From positions 2,080,001 through 2,144,000 of the forward strand of contig OZ250150.1 of NCBI GenBank assembly GCA_965237675.1: a DNA stretch of 64,000 nucleotides, in the 5' to 3' direction. Of this stretch, positions 49,982 to 59,395 are shown piece after piece. The DNA comes from Candidatus Latescibacterota bacterium (GTDB taxonomy: Bacteria > Latescibacterota > UBA2968 > GCA-2709665). Each line of letters opens with the position of its first letter. The stretch's first letter is position 1. Under the pieces are notes generated by a model, which did no database searches, was not told the DNA's origin, and saw only the letters and a program-made list of their open reading frames with translations. The translations under genes were made by a program, and so were the position numbers.

Positions 49982-50971
49982 CTACACCAGTTCCTTGTTG
50001 ATCAGGAACCGCGGCGGCCGCCCCTCGATAAAACGCACAAAATCCTCCATTACCTTCTCCCGCATGCTCCAGTTCGCCTCTTCGGAATACCACGCCAGAT
50101 GCGGCGCAAGGAGGGCATTCTCCAGATTGAACAGATCCATGTCCGGATCGGGCGGCTCCTGCTCGTACACGTCGATGGCGGCACCGGCGATCCAACCCTC
50201 CTTCAGCGCCCTGCCCAGCGCATCCGCGTCCACCAGACCGCCCCGCGCCGTATTCACCAGATACGCGAGGGATTTCATCGCCCTGAGTTCCTTTTCGCCG
50301 ATGAGATGATACGTCTCTTCGTGGAGCGATGCGTGAATCGTGATCATATCCGCTTCTTTCAGCAGCGTGTCCAGATCCACCACCTGCACGCCCAGTTCCT
50401 TCTGCCGCTCTTCTGAAAGGTACGGATCGCAGACCAGGACATTCACTTCAAAACCGGCCAGTTTCCGCAACGTCAGGCTGCCGATGCGGCCACATCCGAT
50501 AATGCCCACGGTCTTCCCCTTCACGGAATACACGGGGTACACCTCGGCGAAATCCCAGATCCCGTTGCGGCTCGACGCCTCGAGAATCTTCCGGCCCACA
50601 TTCAGCTTCCGCCAGCCGGACAGCATCAACGTAATGGCGTGTTCCGCCACCTCATCCGAACAATAGTCCGGCTCGTAGGCGACCCGGATGCCCTTTGCCG
50701 TCGCCGCCGCCACGTCCACGTTGTCGTATCCGACGCCGTGCCGCAGAATCAGCTTGCACCTGTCCAGCTGATCGATAACGCCGGAGGTCATCTTCACCAT
50801 ATTCACCAGTATCATATCCGCGTCGCCGATCTTGGCGACCAGTTCGTCCTCCGACGTGAACTTGAGCTGATGATATTCAAACGTGACATGCCCGTATTTT
50901 TCGAGCTCCTCCTCTTCCCATTTCAGGTCGGGTTCGATATAATCCGTCACCACAATCTTGACCGGCTCCAT
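49982..50971 (-). CDS. D-isomer-specific 2-hydroxyacid dehydrogenase (CtBP/SerA-like)
   Basis: RHGVGYDNVD, GIIGCGRIG, VNTARGGLVD, DVYEQEP, PHLAWYS. Confidence 0.93.
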   Translation of the reverse strand: MEPVKIVVTDYIEPDLKWEEEELEKYGHVTFEYHQLKFTSEDELVAKIGDADMILVNMVKMTSGVIDQLDRCKLILRHGVGYDNVDVAAATAKGIRVAYEPDYCSDEVAEHAITLMLSGWRKLNVGRKILEASSRNGIWDFAEVYPVYSVKGKTVGIIGCGRIGSLTLRKLAGFEVNVLVCDPYLSEERQKELGVQVVDLDTLLKEADMITIHASLHEETYHLIGEKELRAMKSLAYLVNTARGGLVDADALGRALKEGWIAGAAIDVYEQEPPDPDMDLFNLENALLAPHLAWYSEEANWSMREKVMEDFVRFIEGRPPRFLINKELV

Positions 50972-51001
50972 AGAACGCTCCTCAAAATAGAAAATCCGGG
51001 T

Positions 51002-52045
51002 TCAACCGTTGAATGGCAGCGCCACGGGGTTGCCCGTCCTCGCCGATTCATAAATCGCCAGGATGATTTCGATGGCCCGCTTCGACTCCGGGCCATCGAT
51101 CTTCGGCTCGCCGCCACCATTCAGAATGCGCACCATCTCCGCGATCTGCGCCATGTGTCCTTCCGTGCCGAACGTCCTGGAATCCGATGCCGCCTTTGCC
51201 ACGTCGGTCGTGTCCGCCGTCGTCTCTTCCACGCCCTCGCCTTCGATATCCCACCTGGTAACCTGGTCCGCTTCCACCACAACCGTACCCCGGTCTCCGG
51301 AGAATTCCATCCGTGCCGGCAATCCGGGATACGCGGCTGAAGACGCTTCAATTACCCCCAGCGCCCCGCTCTCGTATTCCAGTGTGGCTACCACCGTATC
51401 TTCCACTTCGATATCGTGGATCAACGTGCCCATCCTGGCGTAGACGCGCTTTACCGGTCCCATAATCCACTGGAGCAGATCCACCGTGTGGCTGCCCTGC
51501 GTCATCAGTGCCCCACCGCCCTCCATCATCCAGTTGCCCCGCCAATCGTCCGCATCGTAATAGGCCTGGGGCCGGAACCACTTGATATAGGCATCGCCCA
51601 GCACCATCCTGCCGAGAACGCCCGAGCGAACCGCCGCCCGCACCCTGTTGACCGCCTCCCCGTACCGCAACTGGAAAACCCCCATCAGCTTCACCCCCGC
51701 GTTACCGGCCGCCTGAATGATGCGATCCATTTTCTGAATGGACACATCCAGCGGTTTCTCCACGATCAGATGCTTGCCCGCCGCCGCCGCATCCGTCACA
51801 ATGGGAATGCGGACGCCACTTGGGGTGCAGATGCAAACCACATCCACCCCAGGATGGCGGAGAATGGTTTCGTGATCCGTAAACCAGGGCACGCCGTGTG
51901 CCTCTCCTGTCGTCCGCGCGCGCGTTTCGCTTCGGCTGTATACCGCTACCAGTTCTGCGCCTTCGGTATCCTGCACCGCGCCGATGTGATAATCCGCCAC
52001 CACGCCGCACCCGATCATTGCGAAACCGATGGTCCGACCGCCCAT
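51002..52045 (-). CDS. Gfo/Idh/MocA-family oxidoreductase
   Basis: MIGCGVVA, CTPSG, VEKPLD, WRGNWMMEGGGALMTQGSHTVD. Confidence 0.92.
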   Translation of the reverse strand: MGGRTIGFAMIGCGVVADYHIGAVQDTEGAELVAVYSRSETRARTTGEAHGVPWFTDHETILRHPGVDVVCICTPSGVRIPIVTDAAAAGKHLIVEKPLDVSIQKMDRIIQAAGNAGVKLMGVFQLRYGEAVNRVRAAVRSGVLGRMVLGDAYIKWFRPQAYYDADDWRGNWMMEGGGALMTQGSHTVDLLQWIMGPVKRVYARMGTLIHDIEVEDTVVATLEYESGALGVIEASSAAYPGLPARMEFSGDRGTVVVEADQVTRWDIEGEGVEETTADTTDVAKAASDSRTFGTEGHMAQIAEMVRILNGGGEPKIDGPESKRAIEIILAIYESARTGNPVALPFNG

Positions 52046-52275
52046 AAACGAATCCTCCGGAGTTGTAGCCTCAATTGAATGGAAATGTCCACACCAACGG
52101 TGAGAACGCCAATGCGAGCCGGCACCGCCAATGCTTCCAGACCTTGCAGGAGGGCCGTGGACGTTGTACCTTGTTCGGGCCTTCCGCCCCCGGCCCTCAA
52201 TGGGCGCCTCTTCGGCTGTTGATGTCCTGAATTCGCGTTGCGCGAGACGCCTTCACCTACGGAGACCATGTCCAT

Positions 52276-53103
52276 ATGGAATGCGCACATCCCGAACTCC
52301 TGGCCGGCCAAGTCGCGTGGGTCACTGCTTCCGCGCGGGGCCTGGGCCGGGCGATTGCGGAACGTCTGGCGCGTTGCGGCGCTTCGGTGGTTGTCCACGG
52401 ACGATCTGACGAAACGGCGGCAGAGTTCAACGAAGCCCCGTCCACGACTCATGTCGCCGGGGAAATCGCGAAAACAGGCAGCCCGGTCATCACCGTATTC
52501 GCCGACGTCTCGGAACCCGCACAGGTCAAAGCCGCGGTTGAACAGATCGAAAGCGAACTCGGACCGATCGACATTCTGGTCAACAACGCCGGAGGCGACA
52601 TTGCCGCGGCAGGCGGAAAGCCGAAGCCCAACGACACTTTGGGTATCCCCCTGGAAGATATCGAAGCCGTGTTCCGCAGGAACTTCGCCACAACCCTGCA
52701 TTGCTGCCGTACCGTCGTTCCGGGCATGGTCCAACGGAGAGAAGGCAGTATTGTCAATATAGGTTCCGTGGACAGCTTCACCGGCGAGCCCGGTGGAGGC
52801 CCCATTTACGCCACGGCCAAAGCCGCCCAAACCCACTATACCCGCTGCCTGGCTGCCCAACTCCGGGAACACAACATCACTGTGAACATGGTTGCGCCCG
52901 GCAATTCCCCCAGCGGTCGATTCGTTGCCACGGGTCAGGCCGACCCGGAACTTATGAACGCAATGAACCGGCCCACGCTGATCCGCTACGCCCATCCGGA
53001 CGAAATCGCGCGGGCCGTACAGTTCTTCGTTTCGCCGCTGGCAAGCTTCGTGAGCGGCCAGATCCTCCGTGTTGACGGGGGAGCCCAGCTTTCGCCGGCG
53101 TAA
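52276..53103 (+). CDS. Short-chain dehydrogenase/reductase
   Basis: VTASARGLG, LVNNAGG, NIGS, YATAK (YxxxK), VSGQILRVDGG. Confidence 0.93.
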   Translation: MECAHPELLAGQVAWVTASARGLGRAIAERLARCGASVVVHGRSDETAAEFNEAPSTTHVAGEIAKTGSPVITVFADVSEPAQVKAAVEQIESELGPIDILVNNAGGDIAAAGGKPKPNDTLGIPLEDIEAVFRRNFATTLHCCRTVVPGMVQRREGSIVNIGSVDSFTGEPGGGPIYATAKAAQTHYTRCLAAQLREHNITVNMVAPGNSPSGRFVATGQADPELMNAMNRPTLIRYAHPDEIARAVQFFVSPLASFVSGQILRVDGGAQLSPA

Positions 53104-53136
53104 TACCCTATCGGACAAGATAGCGGCAAAGTGCCC

Positions 53137-53733
53137 TCAGCGCCTGTCCAGTTCCGCCCGATATTCCTCTGGCGTATCCATATCCCGCAACACCCCCTCA
53201 TCCTCGACGTCAACCTCCAACGTATCGTCCGCGTGCCCGCGCATTACGGGTTTCAGCCCCGTCTCTCCCGAAAGAGATCGGATTTCCGAATAATAACGAC
53301 CCAGATCCACCAGAGCCGGATGCCCTCGTTTGCCTCCGCAAACGGGAACGACGATCCCTTTATTGCTGTTTTGGTACGCCGCGGCCACCCTCCGAACCAC
53401 CCGCGAATCGATCTGCGGCTGATCGCCCAGGGCGATCAACGCGGCGTCGGCCGACTTCACCAAGGTGGAGAGACCGCACAGGATACTTGAAAACATCCCC
53501 CTTCGGTAATCCGGATTGACGCGAAACATCACCGGCCGCTCCGCCAGACTCTCGCGCACGGTATCTGCATGGTGGCCAAGGACCACCAGGATCCCATCCA
53601 GATCGGCCGCCAGCAACGTATCGACCACGGTTTGAAGCACCGTCTTCCCGCCGAACGGCAGCAACTGTTTAGGAGACCCCATGCGAGTCGACATCCCGGC
53701 AGCCGGCACAAGCGCACAAATGCGTTTTTTCAT
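53137..53733 (-). CDS. MocA/YgfJ-like nucleotidyltransferase (molybdenum cofactor cytidylyltransferase family)
   Basis: AAGMSTRMGSPKQLL, GMFSSI, LGDQP, RGHP, DMDTPEEY. Confidence 0.88.
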   Translation of the reverse strand: MKKRICALVPAAGMSTRMGSPKQLLPFGGKTVLQTVVDTLLAADLDGILVVLGHHADTVRESLAERPVMFRVNPDYRRGMFSSILCGLSTLVKSADAALIALGDQPQIDSRVVRRVAAAYQNSNKGIVVPVCGGKRGHPALVDLGRYYSEIRSLSGETGLKPVMRGHADDTLEVDVEDEGVLRDMDTPEEYRAELDRR

Positions 53734-53988
53734 TTGGATCTCAAGTATAACAAAAAAAAACGCCGGAGACCACAAAATCTGAACGGCAACCGGACAAGGC
53801 AAGCGACGGAGGCCGCTCTGCATTTAAAAACAAACACTTAATCGTCGCCGTCCAGGGCATTTCACCAACAGACGGGCCATGACGAAACGGCGGTCGAGGC
53901 CCGTATGCGGACAATTCGAATTTATCATTCTTGTTTTTAATAAATGAATAAATAACAGATAATTATACGCCTCAAACTACGCTTTATC

Positions 53989-54037
53989 TTGACTTTTTTT
54001 TATTAAATAGTACATTACATTTCTTTGAAATGTAATG
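53989..54037 (+). promoter_or_regulatory. Promoter with overlapping 11-3-11 palindromic operator candidate
   Basis: TTGACT (53989-94), 16 nt, TACATT (54011-16); perfect inverted repeat CATTACATTTC-TTT-GAAATGTAATG (54013-54037). Confidence 0.6.
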
Positions 54038-54083
54038 AGGGTCGAATCCCGCACATCCGCAGCTTCCGGAGAAGCTATCCCAG

Positions 54084-54329
54084 GTGCTCTGTGATACGTG
54101 TGAAAAGCGTCCCGCCACACGGGCCTCCACCCGGGTTTTCAATGGCGCGAAACAGGTCACTTATCGTTGCGAGGTCTGTGACGCGTTAGCGGAAGCCGGG
54201 TCGAATCCTCCACTCGAGCGCCCCTGCGAGCGTTGCCGGCAAGAAGAGGGTCGGATCAAACTCACACGCCTCACGGAACGTTATCGAACCGTAACGTATC
54301 TCTGTGAGACTTGCGCGACCCGTACCTAA
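54084..54329 (+). CDS. Small protein with two McsA-N-terminal-like zinc-ribbon modules (4 CxxC)
   Basis: CDTCEKRPAT...VFNG....YRCEVC and CERC...IKLTR.....YLCETCA; GTG start after GGAG. Confidence 0.75.
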   Translation: MLCDTCEKRPATRASTRVFNGAKQVTYRCEVCDALAEAGSNPPLERPCERCRQEEGRIKLTRLTERYRTVTYLCETCATRT

Positions 54330-54523
54330 CCGCCCGGTTCCGGGCTGGCGAACATCCTCGAGGAATCGGGCGTCGGCGCCGGCGTGCATCTCCTGTATCC
54401 CCGGCCTCCGAACCGGATGTCGACACGTTATCCGCGGCGGGTGTACCATCACGAAACCCCGCCAACCCGCGTGCGCGAGCAGCCCTCAGCCGCCACACCC
54501 ATTTGCAACCGGTTAGCCGCAAG

Positions 54524-57500
54524 ATGGATACCCGCACATTCCTGAATCCTCCGGCTCCATATCGGATTCTGCCTTCCTGGTCCTGGAACAGCACCATCGA
54601 GGACGGCGAGATCGTGCGCCAGATCCGGGAGATGAGCGAAAAAGGCCTGGGTGGTTTCTGTCTCTCCGCGGGGCCGGGGCTTCGCATTCCGTACCTCTCC
54701 AAGATCTGGTTCGATCGTGTTCGGCTGGCGGTGGAAACCGCCCGGGAGTGCGGCCTTCAGGTCTGGCTGCAGGGAGAATACCCCCATCCCCACAGCATCA
54801 GCGGCGGCCAGGTTTCACTGGGTTACCCGCAGTATCGCGCCCAGCACCTCACCTTCGATGAAATCACCGTACAGGGCGGTCAGCAGGTCGACATGGAACT
54901 ACCGTGGGGCACGGTATTGCGGGCGCTCGCCGTTCCGCTCAAACGGGACCGGTGCCTCTGGGAGAGTGTGACCGATGTCGGGGATTATATCGGCGCCAAT
55001 CAGCGCCATGAGATATACCACGAACACACGGACGATGGGACATACCACAACAAACAATTTCTCGCCCGCCACCTTGCGCATCGCCTGTTCTGGAAGGCGC
55101 CGCCCGGACGCTGGAGAGTGCTGGTCTTCATACAGCGAGAATCCGATGCGGCGGAACCTCATGGAATCCATTTCGATCCCTTCAACGCGGAAGCCGTCGC
55201 CTGTTTTCTTGAGACAACCCACGGACGGTACGCCAAAGTGCTCGCAGACAGTTTTGGCGGTGTGATCCAGGGCATTTTAACCACCGATACGCTTTCCACA
55301 CCCGGCAGATGGCCCTGGTCTCCGACATTGCCCGGGGTATTTCACGAGCGCAACCAGTACGACCTGCTTAACTGCCTCCCTGCGCTGATGACCTATTTCG
55401 GTCCGAATACGGCCCGGATTCGGACCGATTACTTCCAGACACTGAGCGAGATGCTCCGAGACAACTTCCATAAAGTCTTCGAGACGTGGTGCGCAAAGCA
55501 TAAACTGCGGCACGCAGCGGATGTCACTGTCTTCAGGAACGCTCACAGGCGAAATGTCCACATCCCCGGCACGAGCGGAGGCGGTGAAAAGGTCGGCCGG
55601 TTCAGAGACCGGGACGCGCATGCCGCCGATTATCGCCGCAACCCCAGATTCTCAGTGTCCGTCCACGACGGGGGCCGCGTTTTCAACACCTGTTTCCAGG
55701 ATACCGGCTGGTCTCTCACACTTCAGGATATGAAATGGACGATCGACCGGATGGGCGCCCTCGGCGCCAACCTGTTTCACGCGCGGGGATTGGCCTACAC
55801 GCTCGACGGGTTGCGCAAGCACCACAAACCGCCCTCGATTTTTCACCAGAATCCCTACTGGAAACATTTCCGGCTTCTGGCGGACTACGCCGGCCGTCTC
55901 TCATACGTCCTCAGCCAGGGACGACGAAGGGCCAACCTGGCCCTGCTCGATCCAGTGACGAGCCTCTGGGCGCACCTGGGCAGCCCCGGCCTCGGATGGA
56001 AATATATCGGTTACGATGAGGATGAAGCCAAGTTTACCCAGCGCCTCGCTTCGGATTGGGCGTACCTGATAGAAACCCTTTGCCAGATGCAGCGCGATTT
56101 CGACTCGCTGGATCCGGAAACGTTGGCCGAGGCGCGGATCGTCGGTGACAGGATCCATATTGACGGAGCCAGATACGACGTGCTCATCCTGCCGCCCATC
56201 GCGAACCTGGAACGAGACGCATTTGAACGCATCCGGCAGTTCATCAACGCCGGCGGCAAAGTCATCTGTCTCGGCCTGCTGCCGATCGAAGACATTCAGG
56301 AGGGTCCATCGGTTGTCGAGGCATTCTCCCGGCTCACCGATATGGACCCCGGCAGAATGAAACGCGACTATGCAGGCCACGAACTGGGCGTACATCTCAT
56401 CCAGCGGGGAGACCTCTACTTCATCCGTACGGGTGGTTCCGTCGAGGAAAACCGTGGTGCGCGCATGCTGGCCGATCTGCTCCACCGTATCCTTCCTCCT
56501 GACGTGATCGTTGAAACCGACAAGAAGAACGGTTCGGCAATCCTGTCGCAGCGGAGAGAAACGCCGAAAGAAGACCTGTTTTTCTTCGCGAATACCGATC
56601 CAAACGCCTTCACATCCCGGATCACCATAAGGGTTCCGGCAAACCGCCGCAAAGTGGAACGGTGGGACCTGGAAACCGGCAGGCGGACCCCATTGAAGGC
56701 GGAACGGGAAGGCGATCGGATCACGCTCAATCTCGACTTCGGACGCCTGCAATCCCACCTTATCGTTGCATCGGAAGACAAACCCCAGGCGCTGGCGGAG
56801 TCGGAACCGGCGGCAGCCTTGCGTCCAGACTCGAACGGTCCGTGGAAGGTCGATCCCGAAGAGGACAACTGCCTGCGCATGGACAGGTTCCAGATGCAGC
56901 TCGATCCGCAGAACAAGGGGATCGAGCAGGGCTGGCACAATCTCGGTTACAGGGACAGCCGCTGGACACCGGTTACCCCCAAACCGATGGTAGAACAGAT
57001 TCGAGATCTGTCTTCTCTCTCCAGCCTGCCCTTCACGTTCAACAGCGATGCGCCGGGCCAGGCTCCGGGTCCTGGCATCGATTTTCCTCTTGTCTGCTGG
57101 TTCAGAACGGCATTCTCCGCGGATTTCGTGCCTTCAAAGCTCTCCCTGGTGATGGACCGCAGCGCCATTCTTGGCAACTACCAGATTTTCCTGAACGGTG
57201 TCCGGCTGCCGGGAAAAGCCTTCCGGCCCACTTTCCGGTACGACCATAACAACGTCACCTGCGCCGTTGTGCGCCGCGTCTCGACCGGCAAGAATGTCCT
57301 CGCCGTCCGAGTAGAACTCGACCACCTCAACCAGGGCCTCGTAGATGCATTATACGTCTTCGGGAAATTCGGTGTCAGACGTTGGCTCAATCAATATCTC
57401 CGAATCGTCCCACCGGTCGACCGGGGTATACCGGGTGAGTTGGACGACCAGAAAATGCCATTTTATGCTGGCACGGTTGTGTATACGAAGGATATGACGT

Positions 57501-57763
57501 TTGCCGAGCCTCCCGAGACGGAACAGTTTGTTTTTTCGCTCGAAGAGGAACTCAGGGACCTTTCCAATATTGTCGAGGTCGTCATCAACGGCCGTTCGCT
57601 GGGCACGAGGGCCTGGGCGCCCTATAAGTGGACGGGCCAGACCGAGTGGCTGAAATCCGGCAAGAATCGTGTCGTCGTGAGGATGACCAACACGCTTTCC
57701 CGCCTGCTCACCGGCTCTGAATTCGACGCCCAGACCCATTCCATGAAGCCGGTAAGGCTGTAG
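54524..57763 (+). CDS. GH106 (alpha-L-rhamnosidase)-like large glycoside hydrolase-fold protein
   Basis: PSWSWN, GLGGF, YLSKIWFD, GWSLTLQDMKW, PPSIFHQNPYW, ADYAGRLS, PFYAGTVVY, RAWAPY, VRMTNTL. Confidence 0.8.
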   Translation: MDTRTFLNPPAPYRILPSWSWNSTIEDGEIVRQIREMSEKGLGGFCLSAGPGLRIPYLSKIWFDRVRLAVETARECGLQVWLQGEYPHPHSISGGQVSLGYPQYRAQHLTFDEITVQGGQQVDMELPWGTVLRALAVPLKRDRCLWESVTDVGDYIGANQRHEIYHEHTDDGTYHNKQFLARHLAHRLFWKAPPGRWRVLVFIQRESDAAEPHGIHFDPFNAEAVACFLETTHGRYAKVLADSFGGVIQGILTTDTLSTPGRWPWSPTLPGVFHERNQYDLLNCLPALMTYFGPNTARIRTDYFQTLSEMLRDNFHKVFETWCAKHKLRHAADVTVFRNAHRRNVHIPGTSGGGEKVGRFRDRDAHAADYRRNPRFSVSVHDGGRVFNTCFQDTGWSLTLQDMKWTIDRMGALGANLFHARGLAYTLDGLRKHHKPPSIFHQNPYWKHFRLLADYAGRLSYVLSQGRRRANLALLDPVTSLWAHLGSPGLGWKYIGYDEDEAKFTQRLASDWAYLIETLCQMQRDFDSLDPETLAEARIVGDRIHIDGARYDVLILPPIANLERDAFERIRQFINAGGKVICLGLLPIEDIQEGPSVVEAFSRLTDMDPGRMKRDYAGHELGVHLIQRGDLYFIRTGGSVEENRGARMLADLLHRILPPDVIVETDKKNGSAILSQRRETPKEDLFFFANTDPNAFTSRITIRVPANRRKVERWDLETGRRTPLKAEREGDRITLNLDFGRLQSHLIVASEDKPQALAESEPAAALRPDSNGPWKVDPEEDNCLRMDRFQMQLDPQNKGIEQGWHNLGYRDSRWTPVTPKPMVEQIRDLSSLSSLPFTFNSDAPGQAPGPGIDFPLVCWFRTAFSADFVPSKLSLVMDRSAILGNYQIFLNGVRLPGKAFRPTFRYDHNNVTCAVVRRVSTGKNVLAVRVELDHLNQGLVDALYVFGKFGVRRWLNQYLRIVPPVDRGIPGELDDQKMPFYAGTVVYTKDMTFAEPPETEQFVFSLEEELRDLSNIVEVVINGRSLGTRAWAPYKWTGQTEWLKSGKNRVVVRMTNTLSRLLTGSEFDAQTHSMKPVRL

Positions 57764-57865
57764 GAAATCCGAAAGCAAACGGCGCGGCTCCGAAACGGGG
57801 AAATCGGGCGCGTCATCGGTATTCACCTGCCCCATAGAAAACTCGTAACGCGCCGGAAGAAGAAA

Positions 57866-57894
57866 AAAAGCGGCCCCATGTCGAGGTCGCTTTT
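57866..57894 (+). terminator. Possible intrinsic terminator after the GH106-like gene
   Basis: AAAAGCGGCC, loop, GGTCGCTTTT (one G-U pair). Confidence 0.45.
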
Positions 57895-57963
57895 GTGTTG
57901 AGTCCACAAGCGCGAATTTACGCGAAAAACTGACGAAAGATAGGAGTTGACCCCGATAGCCGG

Positions 57964-58164
57964 ATGGTGCATGTGTTAGGGCGGCGTTTCGTCGGTTCCG
58001 TCGCCGTGGAGGATTTCGACGATGCGATTGAGGAACTGCATCGCAAAGGCGTGGCGGTTGAGTGGGGTCCGCACGAGCTTGCAACCTGCCACGTGGCCAT
58101 GATCGCCGATCCCGGCGGAAACCCGATCTTCATTCACAGGCGAAAGGACGGGAGTTGGGGATAG
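57964..58164 (+). pseudogene. C-terminal fragment of a VOC/glyoxalase-family protein
   Basis: AVEDFDDAIEELHRKGV...CHVAMIADPGGNPIFIHRRK is one half of a VOC fold; N-terminal half and a clear RBS are missing. Confidence 0.6.
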
Positions 58165-58207
58165 TCGGCGCTAGCGCGACACCGTCATTGACGGATTTCC
58201 CTGACGG

Positions 58208-58364
58208 TGGAAGTAGCGCATTCGGTTCTCCGTTCAGGAATTGAGGTTTGGAATGTCAGAGTGCGACTACGGTCTTGCCTGGTACCATGGTGCTCAGCAA
58301 GAGCTGACAGAACTTCGCCTAGGAAGTTCGATCACTCAGAACCGAATTCTGGCGTAAGCGTTTT
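58208..58364 (+). pseudogene. Decayed partial duplicate of the 59396 gene and its leader
   Basis: ATG 58253: MSECDYGLAWYHGAQQELTELRLGSSITQNRILA* versus MRKCDYSLTWYHGSQQKLTELRAGSSITQNRNLAKAF; AAA>TAA stop; upstream 45 nt also similar. Confidence 0.8.
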
Positions 58365-58559
58365 GCAATCGAAACTCCGCACCGAACCAGGAGTCAACAA
58401 GACGCCACGGAGAAAAGCCGGGTCACTGGCCTCAGACGAAACCGCTGAATCGCCCTGTGACAAACTCCCACATCATACTATCACGTCCGTGACGGGCCTC
58501 GGCGCTTGTGCGCCTGGTTCAACCGCTGCGTGGGTCGGGCACGCGGAACGTCATCTGAA

Positions 58560-59252
58560 ATGAGCCATGCGATGAAAAAGCAAAGTATTTTAGAAGAGCA
58601 GATCTCCTATTATCGCGCCCGCGCCCCTGAATATGATGAGTGGTTCCTGCGAAAGGGACGCTACGACGTTGGCGCAGATGATAATCGACGATGGCATGCC
58701 GAAACCAAAAAGCTCAGGAGTGCGCTGCACCAGGCCCGACCGTGCGGAAGAATACTCGAACTGGCGTGTGGAACGGGATGGTGGACCAGGGAGTTGGTCG
58801 TGCACTGTCAAGAATTAACCGCTGTAGACAGTTCGCCAGAGGCCATTGCACTGAATCAAAGCAAAGTCAATGATGATCGTGTCGAGTATATTGAGACCAA
58901 CATGTTCCACTGGAAGTCAGAATCTCTCTATGATTTCGTGTTCTTCGGATTCTGGCTTTCGCATGTACCGGATTCACATATGGAGCGTTTTTGGAGATTG
59001 ATCGAGAGGTCTCTACGGCCCGGGGGAAAACTGTTTTTTGTGGACAACCTGATTCCCTCAACACCGGACAGCGCGCCACCTGCCGAGGATAATATAACGC
59101 GGCGGCGGCTTAACGATGGTCGAGCATTCAACATCGTCAAGGTATTCTACGATCCCGACGAGTTGGCGCGCGCGATCCGGAACCGTGGCTGGAAGGGCGA
59201 TGTTTGCACGACTGGCGACTTTTTCCTCTACGGGAGATTCGAACGTGTTTAG
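58560..59252 (+). CDS. Class I SAM-dependent methyltransferase
   Basis: YYRARAPEYDEW, ILELACGTGWWT, AVDSSPE, FFGFWLSHVP, LRPGG. Confidence 0.9.
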   Translation: MSHAMKKQSILEEQISYYRARAPEYDEWFLRKGRYDVGADDNRRWHAETKKLRSALHQARPCGRILELACGTGWWTRELVVHCQELTAVDSSPEAIALNQSKVNDDRVEYIETNMFHWKSESLYDFVFFGFWLSHVPDSHMERFWRLIERSLRPGGKLFFVDNLIPSTPDSAPPAEDNITRRRLNDGRAFNIVKVFYDPDELARAIRNRGWKGDVCTTGDFFLYGRFERV

Positions 59253-59395
59253 CCAGAGGCCCTCGAGCGAGACTTGTCGAGCAGGAGTTTGCAACTCTCA
59301 CGAATCCTTGCATACCCTACTTTCCGTGTTACCGATCGAAACCCTGGGAAAGGAAGTCGCATTTTCGGTTCTCTGTCAGGAATTCGAGGTCGGAT

